A DNA stretch of 64,000 nucleotides from Verrucomicrobiota bacterium (GCA_039818205.1 JBCBUK010000009.1:128001-192000), one strand, 5' to 3'. Positions 28,646 through 38,871 are shown, counted from the stretch's first letter. The notes: generated by a model from the letters alone, not told the origin. Made by a program: numbers and translations.

Positions 28646-29503
28646 ATGCGACACATTGCCATCCTCTTAATTTCCCTGCTCGGCCTGAGCGCGACACTTG
28701 TTGCGCAGCGGCCAGGCGAACGCGCACACGGCCCAAAGAAGGTTGAGCCGATTGATCAATCCGAGGCAGATGCTTTTGTTGAGGACTTTCGCAATCAGCG
28801 ACTGCGCGGAGATTATATCTTCCTATTTAATCTCAACCATTTCGAGCGCCGAGGAGGCGAGGTCCCCTATGAAGGTATTTTGTGGGGAACCTGGAATGTA
28901 GAAGGACCCGTCAATCGTGTGTCGGTTTGGCCTCGCGGACAGCGTAAGACGCATTCCCGCGACTTTATTGTCCAAGGAGGCGCCGAGCCGAAGATTTGGT
29001 CCTTAGAGGACGGAGAGGTGGTCGAATTAAAGGCCAAGGATCAAGGCAAGCCGTTTTTCAAAGGGATGGTGTATACGCCATACGATGTGGTTATGCCCTT
29101 TGCCTACTGGGAGATGTTTGACTACACCGGTTCGAAGCGTGTGCGGGGACGTCCTGCCCACCAATTTGTATTCTACGCTCCAGGCGATGTTACTCAGCGC
29201 ATGCCCGACCTAGCAGCAGTCGAACTTGTCTTGGATGCAGATTTCAATGCTCCGATCAAAGCGGCCATGCTAGACGTCAATGGCGAGGACCTCCGGACGA
29301 TGGACTTTAGTGGTTTTAAGGAGATCAACGAACAGTACATCGTGAAAGAGATCGACTTGATCGACGAGCGTACCCGTGACTATACCCGCTTTCGGGTGAC
29401 GGATGCAGCGCTGGGACTCGACTTACCGGCCGAAGTTTTCGAACCCAGAGACTTATCGGAAGGTGTGCCCAGTTTGACTCGGGTGATCTTCGAGCCAGTT
29501 TAG
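28646..29503 (+). CDS. Outer-membrane lipoprotein-sorting (LolA-like) protein
   Basis: Signal peptide, YTPYDVVM, FKEINEQYIVKEIDL and LPAEVF. Confidence 0.65.
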   Translation: MRHIAILLISLLGLSATLVAQRPGERAHGPKKVEPIDQSEADAFVEDFRNQRLRGDYIFLFNLNHFERRGGEVPYEGILWGTWNVEGPVNRVSVWPRGQRKTHSRDFIVQGGAEPKIWSLEDGEVVELKAKDQGKPFFKGMVYTPYDVVMPFAYWEMFDYTGSKRVRGRPAHQFVFYAPGDVTQRMPDLAAVELVLDADFNAPIKAAMLDVNGEDLRTMDFSGFKEINEQYIVKEIDLIDERTRDYTRFRVTDAALGLDLPAEVFEPRDLSEGVPSLTRVIFEPV

Positions 29504-29600
29504 TTATTAAACGAGGACCAAAGCGCGATTTGCGCAATTTTGGTGCTGATAGTCGCTTAAGGCACTTGAGGCTAAGGGACATTTTTGATAACATGAACCC

Positions 29601-30206
29601 ATGCGAAATTATCTTCTCCCCCTAATAGCATTTCTCGCCGGTTCGGCAGTTTCTTCAGCTCAACTCGTCACCTGGGATTTGACCAGCGGCGGGGATACTC
29701 CTAACACCTTTAGCAATATGATCGGTGCTGAGGAGACCGCGACCATCGGAGCCAACGTCCTCACAGCAACTTTGATATCAACCACTGGTAGCGGTGGATT
29801 GGGTGACAACGGTTCTCGATTTTATATCGGCAACGCCGGTGTCGCGCCTGTAACGACGGTTGTCGACATTACCATCGTCAACGGTGGTTTGGATCAGGAA
29901 TTTACTTTTGAAGGTATCTCGTCGATGTCCTTGAATGGTGATGACGGAGGCGTGGACTCTTTTGTTGGTATGCTTGGAGTAGCTGAGGTCTGGAATATCA
30001 GCACGGCTGGCTCGGATATCACTAGTATCGCCGCGCAAGCAGGAACAATCGATAGGATTGTGTGGACCGCTAGTGGTGGTGAGTTCGGGCACTTCTTTCA
30101 GGACCTTTCGGCCAACGTTAGCGTTGTGCCTGAGCCGTCATCCTATGCTCTCACGGTTGGACTTGGCGCTCTTTGCTTCCTCGCGTGGCGACGGCGCCGT
30201 GGGTGA
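29601..30206 (+). CDS. PEP-CTERM surface protein
   Basis: Signal peptide; VPEPSSYAL + TM + RRRR. Confidence 0.92.
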   Translation: MRNYLLPLIAFLAGSAVSSAQLVTWDLTSGGDTPNTFSNMIGAEETATIGANVLTATLISTTGSGGLGDNGSRFYIGNAGVAPVTTVVDITIVNGGLDQEFTFEGISSMSLNGDDGGVDSFVGMLGVAEVWNISTAGSDITSIAAQAGTIDRIVWTASGGEFGHFFQDLSANVSVVPEPSSYALTVGLGALCFLAWRRRRG

Positions 30207-30375
30207 TTACTAAGCCCCGGAATACTGGGCCCGGGCATATTTAGTTTTAACTGAGGCACAGGCGCAAAGTCTGGGCCTTTTTATTTTATATAGCGCCATG
30301 CGCAACCTGCCAACACCGGCATTTGTATTGGAAGCTGTATTGGCTGAGAGTATTCGAACGATGAATGACTCTGGA

Positions 30376-31017
30376 CTATTGAACTCCCCGCAGGTTCTCA
30401 AAAAACGATTTGAGTTTTGCGGGGTCTTTCTTGCCGGGCTCACTTTCGATACCGCTGTTCACATCAACGATCTCCGTGCCGGTTGCCTCGACGGCAGCGA
30501 CAACGTTGTCGGGAGATAGCCCGCCCGCCAGGACAAACTGCTTGTGTGGGTACAGCGTTTTCCATTCGGCGAATTTCTCCCAATTGCCGGTCTGACCCGA
30601 GCCGCCATATTTATCCTTGTGGTAGGTGTCGACGAGGATTGTATCCGCAAACTCAAGAATGCTTTGGGGAAAGGGTTCGTTAGGCGGAATTTTTGGAGCA
30701 AGCCACAAACGTTCCCGACCGACAATCCCGCACCAGGCGGCGAGCGTTGCGTAGTTGGTCTCGAGGTCGCAATGGATCTGAAAAAAGTCGTAGCCGAGAT
30801 CAGCCCAGTTCTCGAGCTCGTCGGTTCCGGTATTGACATCCACCATGACCCGTTTGCCAGCGGGGATTCGCTGGCAGAGATCGAAGGCTTGATCGCGGGT
30901 GACGGCGCGGGGAGATTTCGGATAGACTATGGTGCCACAATAATCGGCTCCGAGGTCGATCACCGCGCTAACATCCGTCCATCGGGTAAGCCCGCAGACT
31001 TTGATTTTCGGAGTCAT
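30376..31017 (-). CDS. trpF: Phosphoribosylanthranilate isomerase
   Basis: KIKVCGLT, SPR, GGSGQ, LAGGL, DVNSGIE and PGKKD. Confidence 0.95.
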   Translation of the reverse strand: MTPKIKVCGLTRWTDVSAVIDLGADYCGTIVYPKSPRAVTRDQAFDLCQRIPAGKRVMVDVNTGTDELENWADLGYDFFQIHCDLETNYATLAAWCGIVGRERLWLAPKIPPNEPFPQSILEFADTILVDTYHKDKYGGSGQTGNWEKFAEWKTLYPHKQFVLAGGLSPDNVVAAVEATGTEIVDVNSGIESEPGKKDPAKLKSFFENLRGVQ

Positions 31018-31030
31018 ATCTCCTAACTCA

Positions 31031-32218
31031 TTAAAACGCGTTCCAGATGGCGTCAATGTCGACGTTATCTAGAATCAGATTTTGAATAATTGGAATCTTG
31101 TCCGTGTCCTGAGGCTGAGTCTTGACCGTCATGGAATTGATGCGGCTGGCCACGGAGTAACTCTCTTCGCTGCAAATGACGCAAGGGATCTTGGTTTGCG
31201 CGAGCATTTCCATGAGCTTCGGATGCGGCAGGATATTGCGAGTCAGCACGATGCCGCTCACAACCTTTTTGCCAGAGATACCGGCGCTTGCGATCGCGGA
31301 GAAAATTATGTCATCCCGGTCGCCCGGTGTAATGATCAGCACGCCTGGCTGCAGGTAGTCGATGACTCCCTTTGCGGTCATCGCACCGATGACGACGCGC
31401 AGAATACGTTCGTTGGCGGCTTGTTCGCGTCCATTGATCCAGCGACCACCAATCTCGTCGACGATTTGAGAAAGGTTCGGCGCGGCGAGCTGCTTTGCGA
31501 GTGGAAGCACGCCGAGCAGGGGAACGCCGAGTCGCTTGAGACCTGCGCCTGCGTAGGTGCGAATCGTGTCGATTTTTTCTGGGAGCACCTTGTTCAAGAT
31601 GGCTCCGATGACTTCAACGCCGTGCTTGTCGAAGAGTGCCTTGTTGATCGCAATCTCATCAACGGGTCGCCCGATTCCACCTTGGGCGACGACGATTGCT
31701 TTGGCCCCGAGGAGTTTGGCGACTTGGGCGTTAGAAAGGTCAAATACGGCTCCGACACCAGCGTGTCCACTGCCTTCGATGATACAGACTTCCTTCTCAT
31801 AGGCTGCGCGGTCGAACGCGCGGCTGATCCGGTCCTGCAAAATGCCGAGGTTCTCTTCCGGGTTGTCGAGGAAGCGCCGGGTAAACGTGCCGTCAACGGC
31901 AACGGGGCTCATCGCATCGATCGGCGTTTGGACGTCATAGATGGAATCGAGGAGGACGGAATCCTCATCGACCCGATGGCCGTCTTTTTCCACGAAACGC
32001 TGGCCGACGGGCTTGATGAAGCCTACCTCCGGGGTGCGGGTGCGCATGGCTCCGTAAAGGCCAAGGCTAGTCGTTGTTTTACCGTCGTTCTGGCGCGTTG
32101 CGGCGACAAAAATACGTTTGGTGGTCGTGTTACGCGGTCCGCTCAGGAGTTGAGAGATATCCTCATCTCCTGGGAATGGGCGCGACGTAATCGTTTTCTT
32201 TTTCTTGGAATTTGGCAT
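31031..32218 (-). CDS. AAA_26 (BioD-like) + DRTGG protein, equivalent to the Pta N-terminal region
   Basis: QNDGKTT, GFIKPVGQ, IIEGSGHAGVG and ITPGDRDD. Confidence 0.85.
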   Translation of the reverse strand: MPNSKKKKTITSRPFPGDEDISQLLSGPRNTTTKRIFVAATRQNDGKTTTSLGLYGAMRTRTPEVGFIKPVGQRFVEKDGHRVDEDSVLLDSIYDVQTPIDAMSPVAVDGTFTRRFLDNPEENLGILQDRISRAFDRAAYEKEVCIIEGSGHAGVGAVFDLSNAQVAKLLGAKAIVVAQGGIGRPVDEIAINKALFDKHGVEVIGAILNKVLPEKIDTIRTYAGAGLKRLGVPLLGVLPLAKQLAAPNLSQIVDEIGGRWINGREQAANERILRVVIGAMTAKGVIDYLQPGVLIITPGDRDDIIFSAIASAGISGKKVVSGIVLTRNILPHPKLMEMLAQTKIPCVICSEESYSVASRINSMTVKTQPQDTDKIPIIQNLILDNVDIDAIWNAF

Positions 32219-32233
32219 GGTGCGACCGAAAGC

Positions 32234-33268
32234 TTACTCCATTGGAAAGAGATACTTCGGGTCGACGGCTTGGGCTGCCACGATCACCGATGCACCAAAA
32301 ATATCGTGAGCACTAGCACCGCGAGAAATCTCAGCGGCGGGTTTGGATAGGCCAGTGATAATTTGGCCGTAGGCGCGGCAATCAGCAACGATCTGGGCGA
32401 GCTTGGCAGCAATGTTTCCAGAGTTCAGGTCGGGGAAGATCAATACATTGGCTTTTCCCGCAACCGAGCTGGAGATGCCTTTTTGTTCGGCGACGCCCTC
32501 AATCAAGGCCGCGTCTACCTGGAGCTCGCCATCGATGTCGACGTTGATACCCAGGCTGCGGGCCTTATCACGTGCCAGGGCGGTTGCGGACTTCATTTTG
32601 AGGAGCGAAGGATTCTTCGTTCCTTCTTTCTTACTCGCATAACTCAGCATCGCAACTCGTGGTTGTTCGTTGGTGAGGTGCTTGGCGAGCAGGGCAGTGG
32701 TAATCGCCATATCCGAGAGTTGATTCTGATTTGGGTCGGGGATAACGCCACAGTCGGAAAGGAACAGGGCACCCTCGACACCGATGCGCTCATCTTCCTT
32801 CTCCAGGATGAGAATGGAGGAGGCCGTATCGACGCTCTTTTGCATCGGGATGATGCGGAAAAGCGGGCGCAGGGCACTGGAAGCCGAGTCAGTCGCACCA
32901 GAAACAAGCGCATCAGCGCTGTTGGTGGCGAGCATCATGGTGGCGAAATAGGATGTGTTGAGCAAGTACTCGCGAGCTTCTTGCTGATTGAATCCGCGAA
33001 AACGGCGCAATCCTTGAAACTTTTGGATAAAACCCTCCATGTGATCGCTATCGCCCGGTTCGAGGATACGGATTCCGTCGAGTTTGATGTCGAGCTGCTC
33101 GGCCCGCTTCTTAATGGTGCTGCGGTCACCCAAGAGGATAGGGGCACCGAGTCCGCGGTTTACAAATAGACGGGCGGCTTGAATTATTCGGGGATCCGCA
33201 CCTTCCGCATAAACAATGCGCTTGGGGTGGTTTTGCAGACGAATGGATAAACGATTGATCAGAGACAT
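32234..33268 (-). CDS. pta: Phosphate acetyl/butyryltransferase (catalytic domain only)
   Basis: KRIVYAEGADPR, DGELQVDAA, VAGKANVLIFPDLNSGNI and SRG. Confidence 0.85.
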   Translation of the reverse strand: MSLINRLSIRLQNHPKRIVYAEGADPRIIQAARLFVNRGLGAPILLGDRSTIKKRAEQLDIKLDGIRILEPGDSDHMEGFIQKFQGLRRFRGFNQQEAREYLLNTSYFATMMLATNSADALVSGATDSASSALRPLFRIIPMQKSVDTASSILILEKEDERIGVEGALFLSDCGVIPDPNQNQLSDMAITTALLAKHLTNEQPRVAMLSYASKKEGTKNPSLLKMKSATALARDKARSLGINVDIDGELQVDAALIEGVAEQKGISSSVAGKANVLIFPDLNSGNIAAKLAQIVADCRAYGQIITGLSKPAAEISRGASAHDIFGASVIVAAQAVDPKYLFPME

Positions 33269-33353
33269 CTTGAAAGTTTCAGGTTGTCGGCGAATGACTT
33301 ATGAAACTGTATAGCAAAGAGAAGACCATGAAGGAAGCAAACTAAATCCCATC

Positions 33354-34946
33354 GTGTCAAAACGCCTGCAAAGTATTATCACTGTTTCGGCCAGTATTCT
33401 CGGTTCGCGGGTACTTGGCTTGGTCCGTGATTCAATGACGGCCGCGTTCCTTGGGGTTTCGCTTGCTAGTAACGCGTTCTTATTCGCATTTGCGATTCCG
33501 AATCTGTTCCGGCGTCTATTTGGGGAGGGCGCTTTGACCTCGGCGTTCATCCCGGTGCTCTCGGATCGGCTGCAGAGCGGGGAAGGCGATGCTGCGGCGT
33601 ACCGTTTCGTGAACCAAGTGCTACTGAGGCTGGTCGTGGTGACGGTCGGATTGGCGATTGTTCTCGGGCTCTTGTTTTTCGCGGCTTCAGTCTATTTTTC
33701 GCATCGCTTGGGTGAGGATGGCAATTGGTCGCAACCCATGGCGGAGCAATGGTTTCTCGGAAGTTTGCTAAGTGTGCTTCTAATTCCTTATATGCCAATC
33801 ATTTGTGTAACCGCGATCCTTGGTGCGGTTTTGAACACGCGAAACCGTTTTGCGGTCCCGGCACTTTCAAACGTTCTGCTAAACGTTGGGATGATCAGCG
33901 CATTGATCTTGGGTGGATTGACAATGAAGCTGCCCGCAGAGCAGTTGGTGTGGTGGCTGAGCATCGGGGTCCTTGTTGGCGGATGCCTTCAACTGCTTTC
34001 GGCTTTGGTTGCGTTGTGGTTTGAGGGCTGGCGCCCTCGGATCGAACGAGGACCGGTGGAAGGAATGGATGCCCTCATGCGTTTGTTTATCCCCAGTTTG
34101 TGGGGTGCTGCGATTTTGCAGGTGAATATTTTGGTTTCGCGGCTACTCGCCTTTGGCCTGAATGAAACCGCGACCACAACTCTAAACTACGCACACCGGC
34201 TGATTGAATTGCCGCTCGGGATGTTCGCGGTCGCCATTGCAACGGTGATCTTTCCCCAGATGAGTTTGATGGTTTCCTCGGATGACCGGGAAGGCTTGAT
34301 CGATTCCTATGGCCACGGGATGCGTCTAACCATCGCATTGATTGCGCCTGCGGCCGTGGGTTTGATTGTATTGAACGAGCCGATCATACAGTTGTTGTTC
34401 CAGTGGGGGCGGTTTACCTCCGAGGACGTTGCGTTAACCGGGCCGCTCCTGCTGATTTTGGCGATGGCGACACCGATGTATGCGATTATTACGCTCAATA
34501 CACGAGCCTTCCATGCGATGAAGGATACCCGAACGCCGGTCCTTTATGCCGGGGTCGCTTTTCTGGTAAACCTGGTGGCAAGTTTAGCTCTGATGGGGCC
34601 GTTTCAAGCCCGTGGTTTGGCCTTGGCAGGTTTGCTTTCGGCGGTGATTCATGCGGCCTTGGTTGTGCGCGGTCTCGCTAAGGCGCGTCCCGAGCTCTCG
34701 AAAGCGAATATTGGGCGTGCCCTGCGAATTGTATTGGTTTCCTCAGTTGGCATGGCTTTGGTGGCATTTTTTGCGTCCGAAGGTATCGAGGCGCTGTTCG
34801 GGACAACGAAGCAGGCGTCACTCATCATCTGTGTTGGGGTCATTCCGCTCGCCGCTGCGGTGTATTTTGCCCTGCTGTTCGCCTTGAAGTTTGAGGATCG
34901 GCATGAAGTGGTGTCGCTAACCAAGCGGCTGATTGGTAAGACCTAG
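33354..34946 (+). CDS. murJ: Lipid II flippase MurJ
   Basis: SRVLGLVRD, IPNLFRRLFGEGALTSAFIP and RLIELPLG; multi-TM. Confidence 0.96.
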   Translation: MSKRLQSIITVSASILGSRVLGLVRDSMTAAFLGVSLASNAFLFAFAIPNLFRRLFGEGALTSAFIPVLSDRLQSGEGDAAAYRFVNQVLLRLVVVTVGLAIVLGLLFFAASVYFSHRLGEDGNWSQPMAEQWFLGSLLSVLLIPYMPIICVTAILGAVLNTRNRFAVPALSNVLLNVGMISALILGGLTMKLPAEQLVWWLSIGVLVGGCLQLLSALVALWFEGWRPRIERGPVEGMDALMRLFIPSLWGAAILQVNILVSRLLAFGLNETATTTLNYAHRLIELPLGMFAVAIATVIFPQMSLMVSSDDREGLIDSYGHGMRLTIALIAPAAVGLIVLNEPIIQLLFQWGRFTSEDVALTGPLLLILAMATPMYAIITLNTRAFHAMKDTRTPVLYAGVAFLVNLVASLALMGPFQARGLALAGLLSAVIHAALVVRGLAKARPELSKANIGRALRIVLVSSVGMALVAFFASEGIEALFGTTKQASLIICVGVIPLAAAVYFALLFALKFEDRHEVVSLTKRLIGKT

Positions 34947-35196
34947 CGGAGATCGATATGATTGAGCGGCCAAGTCCGCCTTTGGAGGATCATTTGCTGC
35001 CGGATTTAGAGCTGACTGCCGATCCGAATACTCCGGGTGCGGTCTGCAATGCGTCCCATCACAATTGCTCCTGTTGTTAAGGGATAATAGTTCATCACAT
35101 ACGTGCTTGTAATGACTCACGGACCGTTTGGCGTTAGCTCGCGCTTCGTTGGCTCACGCCTGCGAGGGCTTTCTGCAACAATCGGCAAATTAAGGC

Positions 35197-35227
35197 TTTG
35201 CACATTTTATCATAAAGATTGCGCAAA
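35197..35227. promoter_or_regulatory. Putative operator (imperfect palindrome)
   Basis: TTTGCACA-t-TTTATcATAAA-gat-TGCGCAAA upstream of the 35430 gene. Confidence 0.4.
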
Positions 35228-35429
35228 TATGGTATACGTTGTCGAACCAGCCTCTTGAATAACGGAGTCGCAGGGTATATATTCCCGAGGTTGCTGATTT
35301 GGCCTAGTTTCTCCCTTAACAAACGCTGCCATTTGCTTCGGCAACACTTCTTCCGCTTCATTTATCGCCAGCCGCAAACGCTGGTTTTGCTCTACCTAGA
35401 AAAGCCTACCCACGTTAACTCCCAGAATT

Positions 35430-37508
35430 ATGAGTCCCCTAAGATCTCTTGCTTCTTGGGCGGTGGTACTATGTGCCGTTGTCCAGGCTTTCGCGCAAAT
35501 CCCACAGTCGAACTTTCGCAGTTCCGACCGCCTCGCAATTTCTTCCGATGGTAACCCCCGTGTCGATATCCTGGTGCCCAACCGGGTGATCCATCCCCAG
35601 GGCGGTTTCCGCGCCGTTGGTGATTCCTTTACGTTGGATCCCGATGATATTCCAGCCATGCCGCTGAGCCTCGCAATAATCGCGAACGCGGATCTTCAAA
35701 GCAAGTTGGTGCACTATCACTATAATTGTGGATTCGTTCCTGAAAACATTGCAGCGCGCAATTTTCCGAATCGTATGAAGATTGCGATCGATGAAAACAC
35801 TCCGCTCACCCTCGGTTCTCAAGCGAACTCAATGGTATTTGATTCCTGGGATGTTCCGCAGGCAACGATCAATCATTTAGCGGATCAGATCAACCAATCG
35901 ACGGCAGATTCGCATCTGTACATTATGTTGGCGGGACCGGCTGATATTGTTTACCAGGCCATTGCTGCGGCTCAACAGAGTAAGCGCCAATACATCCACA
36001 TTGTATCGCATAGTGGTTGGAACGAGAGCACGAAGTTCCTAACCGAGCAACATACCTTGAGCGATATCAAACAGGATTTTCCGGCCGTGAACAACATCCG
36101 GATTGGAAACCAAAACGTGCAACTCAATACGATTGGGAATGCGACTTGGGCCCAACGTGGCGACCGCAACAATGCGATCTTCAATGCTTGGCGGTGGATG
36201 GATCAACCAAGTGAAAATGGCTTGAGTGGATTGACGCTCGCTCTCGATCGCATCTTTGAAAGCATGGTCCAATATCGAGTCCCGGATGTGTCGGATGCTG
36301 GCATGATTTGGTGGACGCTTAAACTGGACCCGACCAGCGCCGCCGCCGATGGAAGCAACTCGAGCTATGTAACTCCAGCACAGTTAGAGACCTTTTTCGC
36401 CCGGGGTGGATCTGACGCAACCCAGGAGAGTGTTGACTGCTCGCAGTTGCCATCGTCGGTTTCGTCAAAAACGGCATACACCGTGACCTTGGGCTATACC
36501 GCCAACCAACCCCGCGACCTCGTGGTGGCATTCTATGACAATGGAACGTGGATTGCGGCCGGTAGAACAACCGTTAGTTCTGGAACAGGAACAACCGATG
36601 TTACAATCAATCTGCCATCGGCCCCTGCTGTAGGTAGTGGATATGAATGGCGGTCCGCCATTCGCGAGGTTGGCCAAGGTTGGCAGACGAACAAGGACAC
36701 CTGTAGTGAAGTCTTTACGGTTGCTGGTGGAACTACACCAGGCTCGGACACAGTTTCTTGCGCCGAATTGCCGGTAGCGGTTGCGTCGCAAACGAACTAT
36801 GCGGTTTCCGTTCCCTACACGGCGACGGAATCGCGCGACATTGTGGTTGAGTTTTGGGACAGTAGTTGGCTCTCGCAGGGTAAGACGACGGTGAGTGCGG
36901 GTTCGGGCACAGCCACGGTAAATATTACCCTCCCCAGTGCGCCTCCAGAAGGGAGCAATTACTTGTTCAAAGTCGGAATTCGCCCGCTCGGGGGCGATTG
37001 GCAATCGCGGTTTGATTTTTGTCAGGAACCCTTTTCGGTCAGTGGCAGTTCCAGCACCCCGCAGGCGTCGTCGTTTGGGCCAATTGACGATGCCTACTTG
37101 CAAGGCAGCACGGCGTTCAACAACAACCTCCTGAAGGTGGAAGCGAACAACCGCACGAGCTATCTCAAGTTTAACGTGACCGGCGTCGGGAACGTGACCA
37201 GTGCCACCCTGACGTTAACGGTTGCCGGTGATGCCGGGAACGGAACGATTCGCGTACATCAAGGCGCCAGCAATAGTTGGACGCAAGCTAACCTATCGAC
37301 TGGCAATGCACCTGGGAAGGGCGTGTTACTCGGCACCGTGACTGGATCGTTCGGCCTAGGTGCCCCGGTTGATATCGATCTCGGTAGTTCCATCGACAAC
37401 GGTGTCAGCTCTCTGGTTGTGTCGATGGATGGTGGTGGGAATGACGCCTGGTTCTCATCGCTGGAGGGCGTTACCACTCCGCAGTTGACTATTTCTCATT
37501 TGCCCTAA
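35430..37508 (+). CDS. Secreted multidomain protein: nucleoside-hydrolase-like domain, two beta-sandwich repeats, CBM96/DNRLRE-like C-domain
   Basis: Signal peptide; RLAISSDGN...DPDD, AGP, SHS.WNE and DVSDAGM; two ~100-aa repeats; DDAYLQG...RTSYLKF...PQL. Confidence 0.7.
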   Translation: MSPLRSLASWAVVLCAVVQAFAQIPQSNFRSSDRLAISSDGNPRVDILVPNRVIHPQGGFRAVGDSFTLDPDDIPAMPLSLAIIANADLQSKLVHYHYNCGFVPENIAARNFPNRMKIAIDENTPLTLGSQANSMVFDSWDVPQATINHLADQINQSTADSHLYIMLAGPADIVYQAIAAAQQSKRQYIHIVSHSGWNESTKFLTEQHTLSDIKQDFPAVNNIRIGNQNVQLNTIGNATWAQRGDRNNAIFNAWRWMDQPSENGLSGLTLALDRIFESMVQYRVPDVSDAGMIWWTLKLDPTSAAADGSNSSYVTPAQLETFFARGGSDATQESVDCSQLPSSVSSKTAYTVTLGYTANQPRDLVVAFYDNGTWIAAGRTTVSSGTGTTDVTINLPSAPAVGSGYEWRSAIREVGQGWQTNKDTCSEVFTVAGGTTPGSDTVSCAELPVAVASQTNYAVSVPYTATESRDIVVEFWDSSWLSQGKTTVSAGSGTATVNITLPSAPPEGSNYLFKVGIRPLGGDWQSRFDFCQEPFSVSGSSSTPQASSFGPIDDAYLQGSTAFNNNLLKVEANNRTSYLKFNVTGVGNVTSATLTLTVAGDAGNGTIRVHQGASNSWTQANLSTGNAPGKGVLLGTVTGSFGLGAPVDIDLGSSIDNGVSSLVVSMDGGGNDAWFSSLEGVTTPQLTISHLP
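36426..37040 (+). repeat. Two tandem ~100-aa domain repeats
   Basis: YTA..RD.VV.F.D..W...G.TTVS.G.GT..V.I.LPSAP..GS.Y...IR..G..WQ...D.C occurs twice. Confidence 0.85.
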
Positions 37509-37524
37509 GGGGGAATTCAGTCAC

Positions 37525-37563
37525 GCGGGCGTCCAACAAACCCCGGTTGGGCGCCCGTTTTCT
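37525..37563 (+). terminator. Rho-independent terminator
   Basis: GCGGGCGTCCAAC-loop-GTTGGGCGCCCGT followed by TTTCT. Confidence 0.75.
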
Positions 37564-37731
37564 ATTTCGAATATTGAAGCCAATCGAGATGGTGGCGCTA
37601 TTTTAAAACGTTGCCTTCTGGGCTCGAGCAGGTTGTTTGTGTCCATCAAATTGATGGTCGCTTTAGATTGCACGAATCCGGGCCTTGAACTGGCTGAAAA
37701 ATGCACCGAATCGGTGCGGGAGCTTTGAACT

Positions 37732-38871
37732 ATGCGTGTGTGTTTGGTTACTCCGCAAAAAATCGGCGTGAGCGAGACCTTTATCCGGGCCCATATCGAT
37801 TCGTTGCCGCACGATGTGACTTACATTTATGGATATCAGAATCGGTGTTCTTGGGAGGACAAACCGCTGCGGCAAATCGATCCAGTGGCCAGTGTTCCGC
37901 GACCAAAGTGGTTAGACTTGTTGCCTCGAGTATTGGAGTTTCGTCTTAGCCGGAAATGGTATCCAACTCAGTCGGACGACGATATTCTCGAGCGGTTTTT
38001 GCGGAAGAATCAGATAGAGGTCGTGCTAGCCGAGTACGGAACGACGGCTTCGTTTATCACGCCGATATGTCGTAAGCTTGGCATTCCATTGGTTGCGCAC
38101 TTCCATGGAATCGATGCTTCTCATTACAAGGTCTTGAACGACTTTAAGGAGGGGTATCGTGCGCTGTTTGATTACGCCTCAACAATTGTGGCGGTATCGA
38201 ATGCGATGAAAGAGAACCTGGTTGCGGAAGGTTGCGCAGCGGAGAAAATTATCTGCAATCCGTGTTCGCCGGCGGATCACTTTTTCGAAATTTCGCCGAA
38301 CTATGAATCCAATACGATCTTAGCGGTCGGAAGGCAGACCGCCAAGAAGGCACCGTATTTGACCCTGGATGCATTTCGATTAGCAGTGGAACGGCGGCCA
38401 GAATTGCGTCTGTGTTTGATTGGCGATGGTGAATTGTCGGAGGTTTCAGAGAACCTGGTGAAGGCGTGGGGTTTGCAAGACAAAGTGGATTTAGTTGGTG
38501 CCGCCGAGCCGGCTCAGATTCAGGCGAAAATGCGTGAGTCGTTTCTGTTTGTACAGCATTCGATTCGGGCAAAGAATGGTGATTCCGAGGGAATGCCGGT
38601 CGCCGTTATGGAAGCGAGTGCGGCAGGCCTTCCAGTTGTTTCAACCAAACATGCGGGGATACCGGAGGTCATTCAGAACGATATGAATGGATTTGTCGTG
38701 GAGCCAGGTGACACACAATCGATGGCAAAGCACATCGTTCAGCTCGCCGATGATCGGGGACTTTGCCAGAAGCTGGGCCAGGAAGGGCGTCGCTTGGTAG
38801 CGGAAAACTTTAGCATGGAAAAGCATATCCAGCGGTTGGATGAGGCCCTATGCTCTGCCGCTAAGCGCTAG
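37732..38871 (+). CDS. Glycosyltransferase family 4
   Basis: SETFI, HFHGID, VGR..KK and EGMPVAVMEA. Confidence 0.93.
   Translation: MRVCLVTPQKIGVSETFIRAHIDSLPHDVTYIYGYQNRCSWEDKPLRQIDPVASVPRPKWLDLLPRVLEFRLSRKWYPTQSDDDILERFLRKNQIEVVLAEYGTTASFITPICRKLGIPLVAHFHGIDASHYKVLNDFKEGYRALFDYASTIVAVSNAMKENLVAEGCAAEKIICNPCSPADHFFEISPNYESNTILAVGRQTAKKAPYLTLDAFRLAVERRPELRLCLIGDGELSEVSENLVKAWGLQDKVDLVGAAEPAQIQAKMRESFLFVQHSIRAKNGDSEGMPVAVMEASAAGLPVVSTKHAGIPEVIQNDMNGFVVEPGDTQSMAKHIVQLADDRGLCQKLGQEGRRLVAENFSMEKHIQRLDEALCSAAKR

Noticed and set aside
30207..30375. Possible sRNA or small ORF between the PEP-CTERM gene and trpF
   Set aside because: Only weak hairpins and no recognisable motif or coding signal.
31082..33169. 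Long antisense ORFs (31082-32350, 32363-33169) and similar shadow ORFs elsewhere
   Set aside because: They lie opposite well-supported genes, carry no motifs, and are expected from codon bias.
35218..35245. dif-like site (TGCGCA...)
   Set aside because: No match to the XerD arm TTATGTTAAAT.
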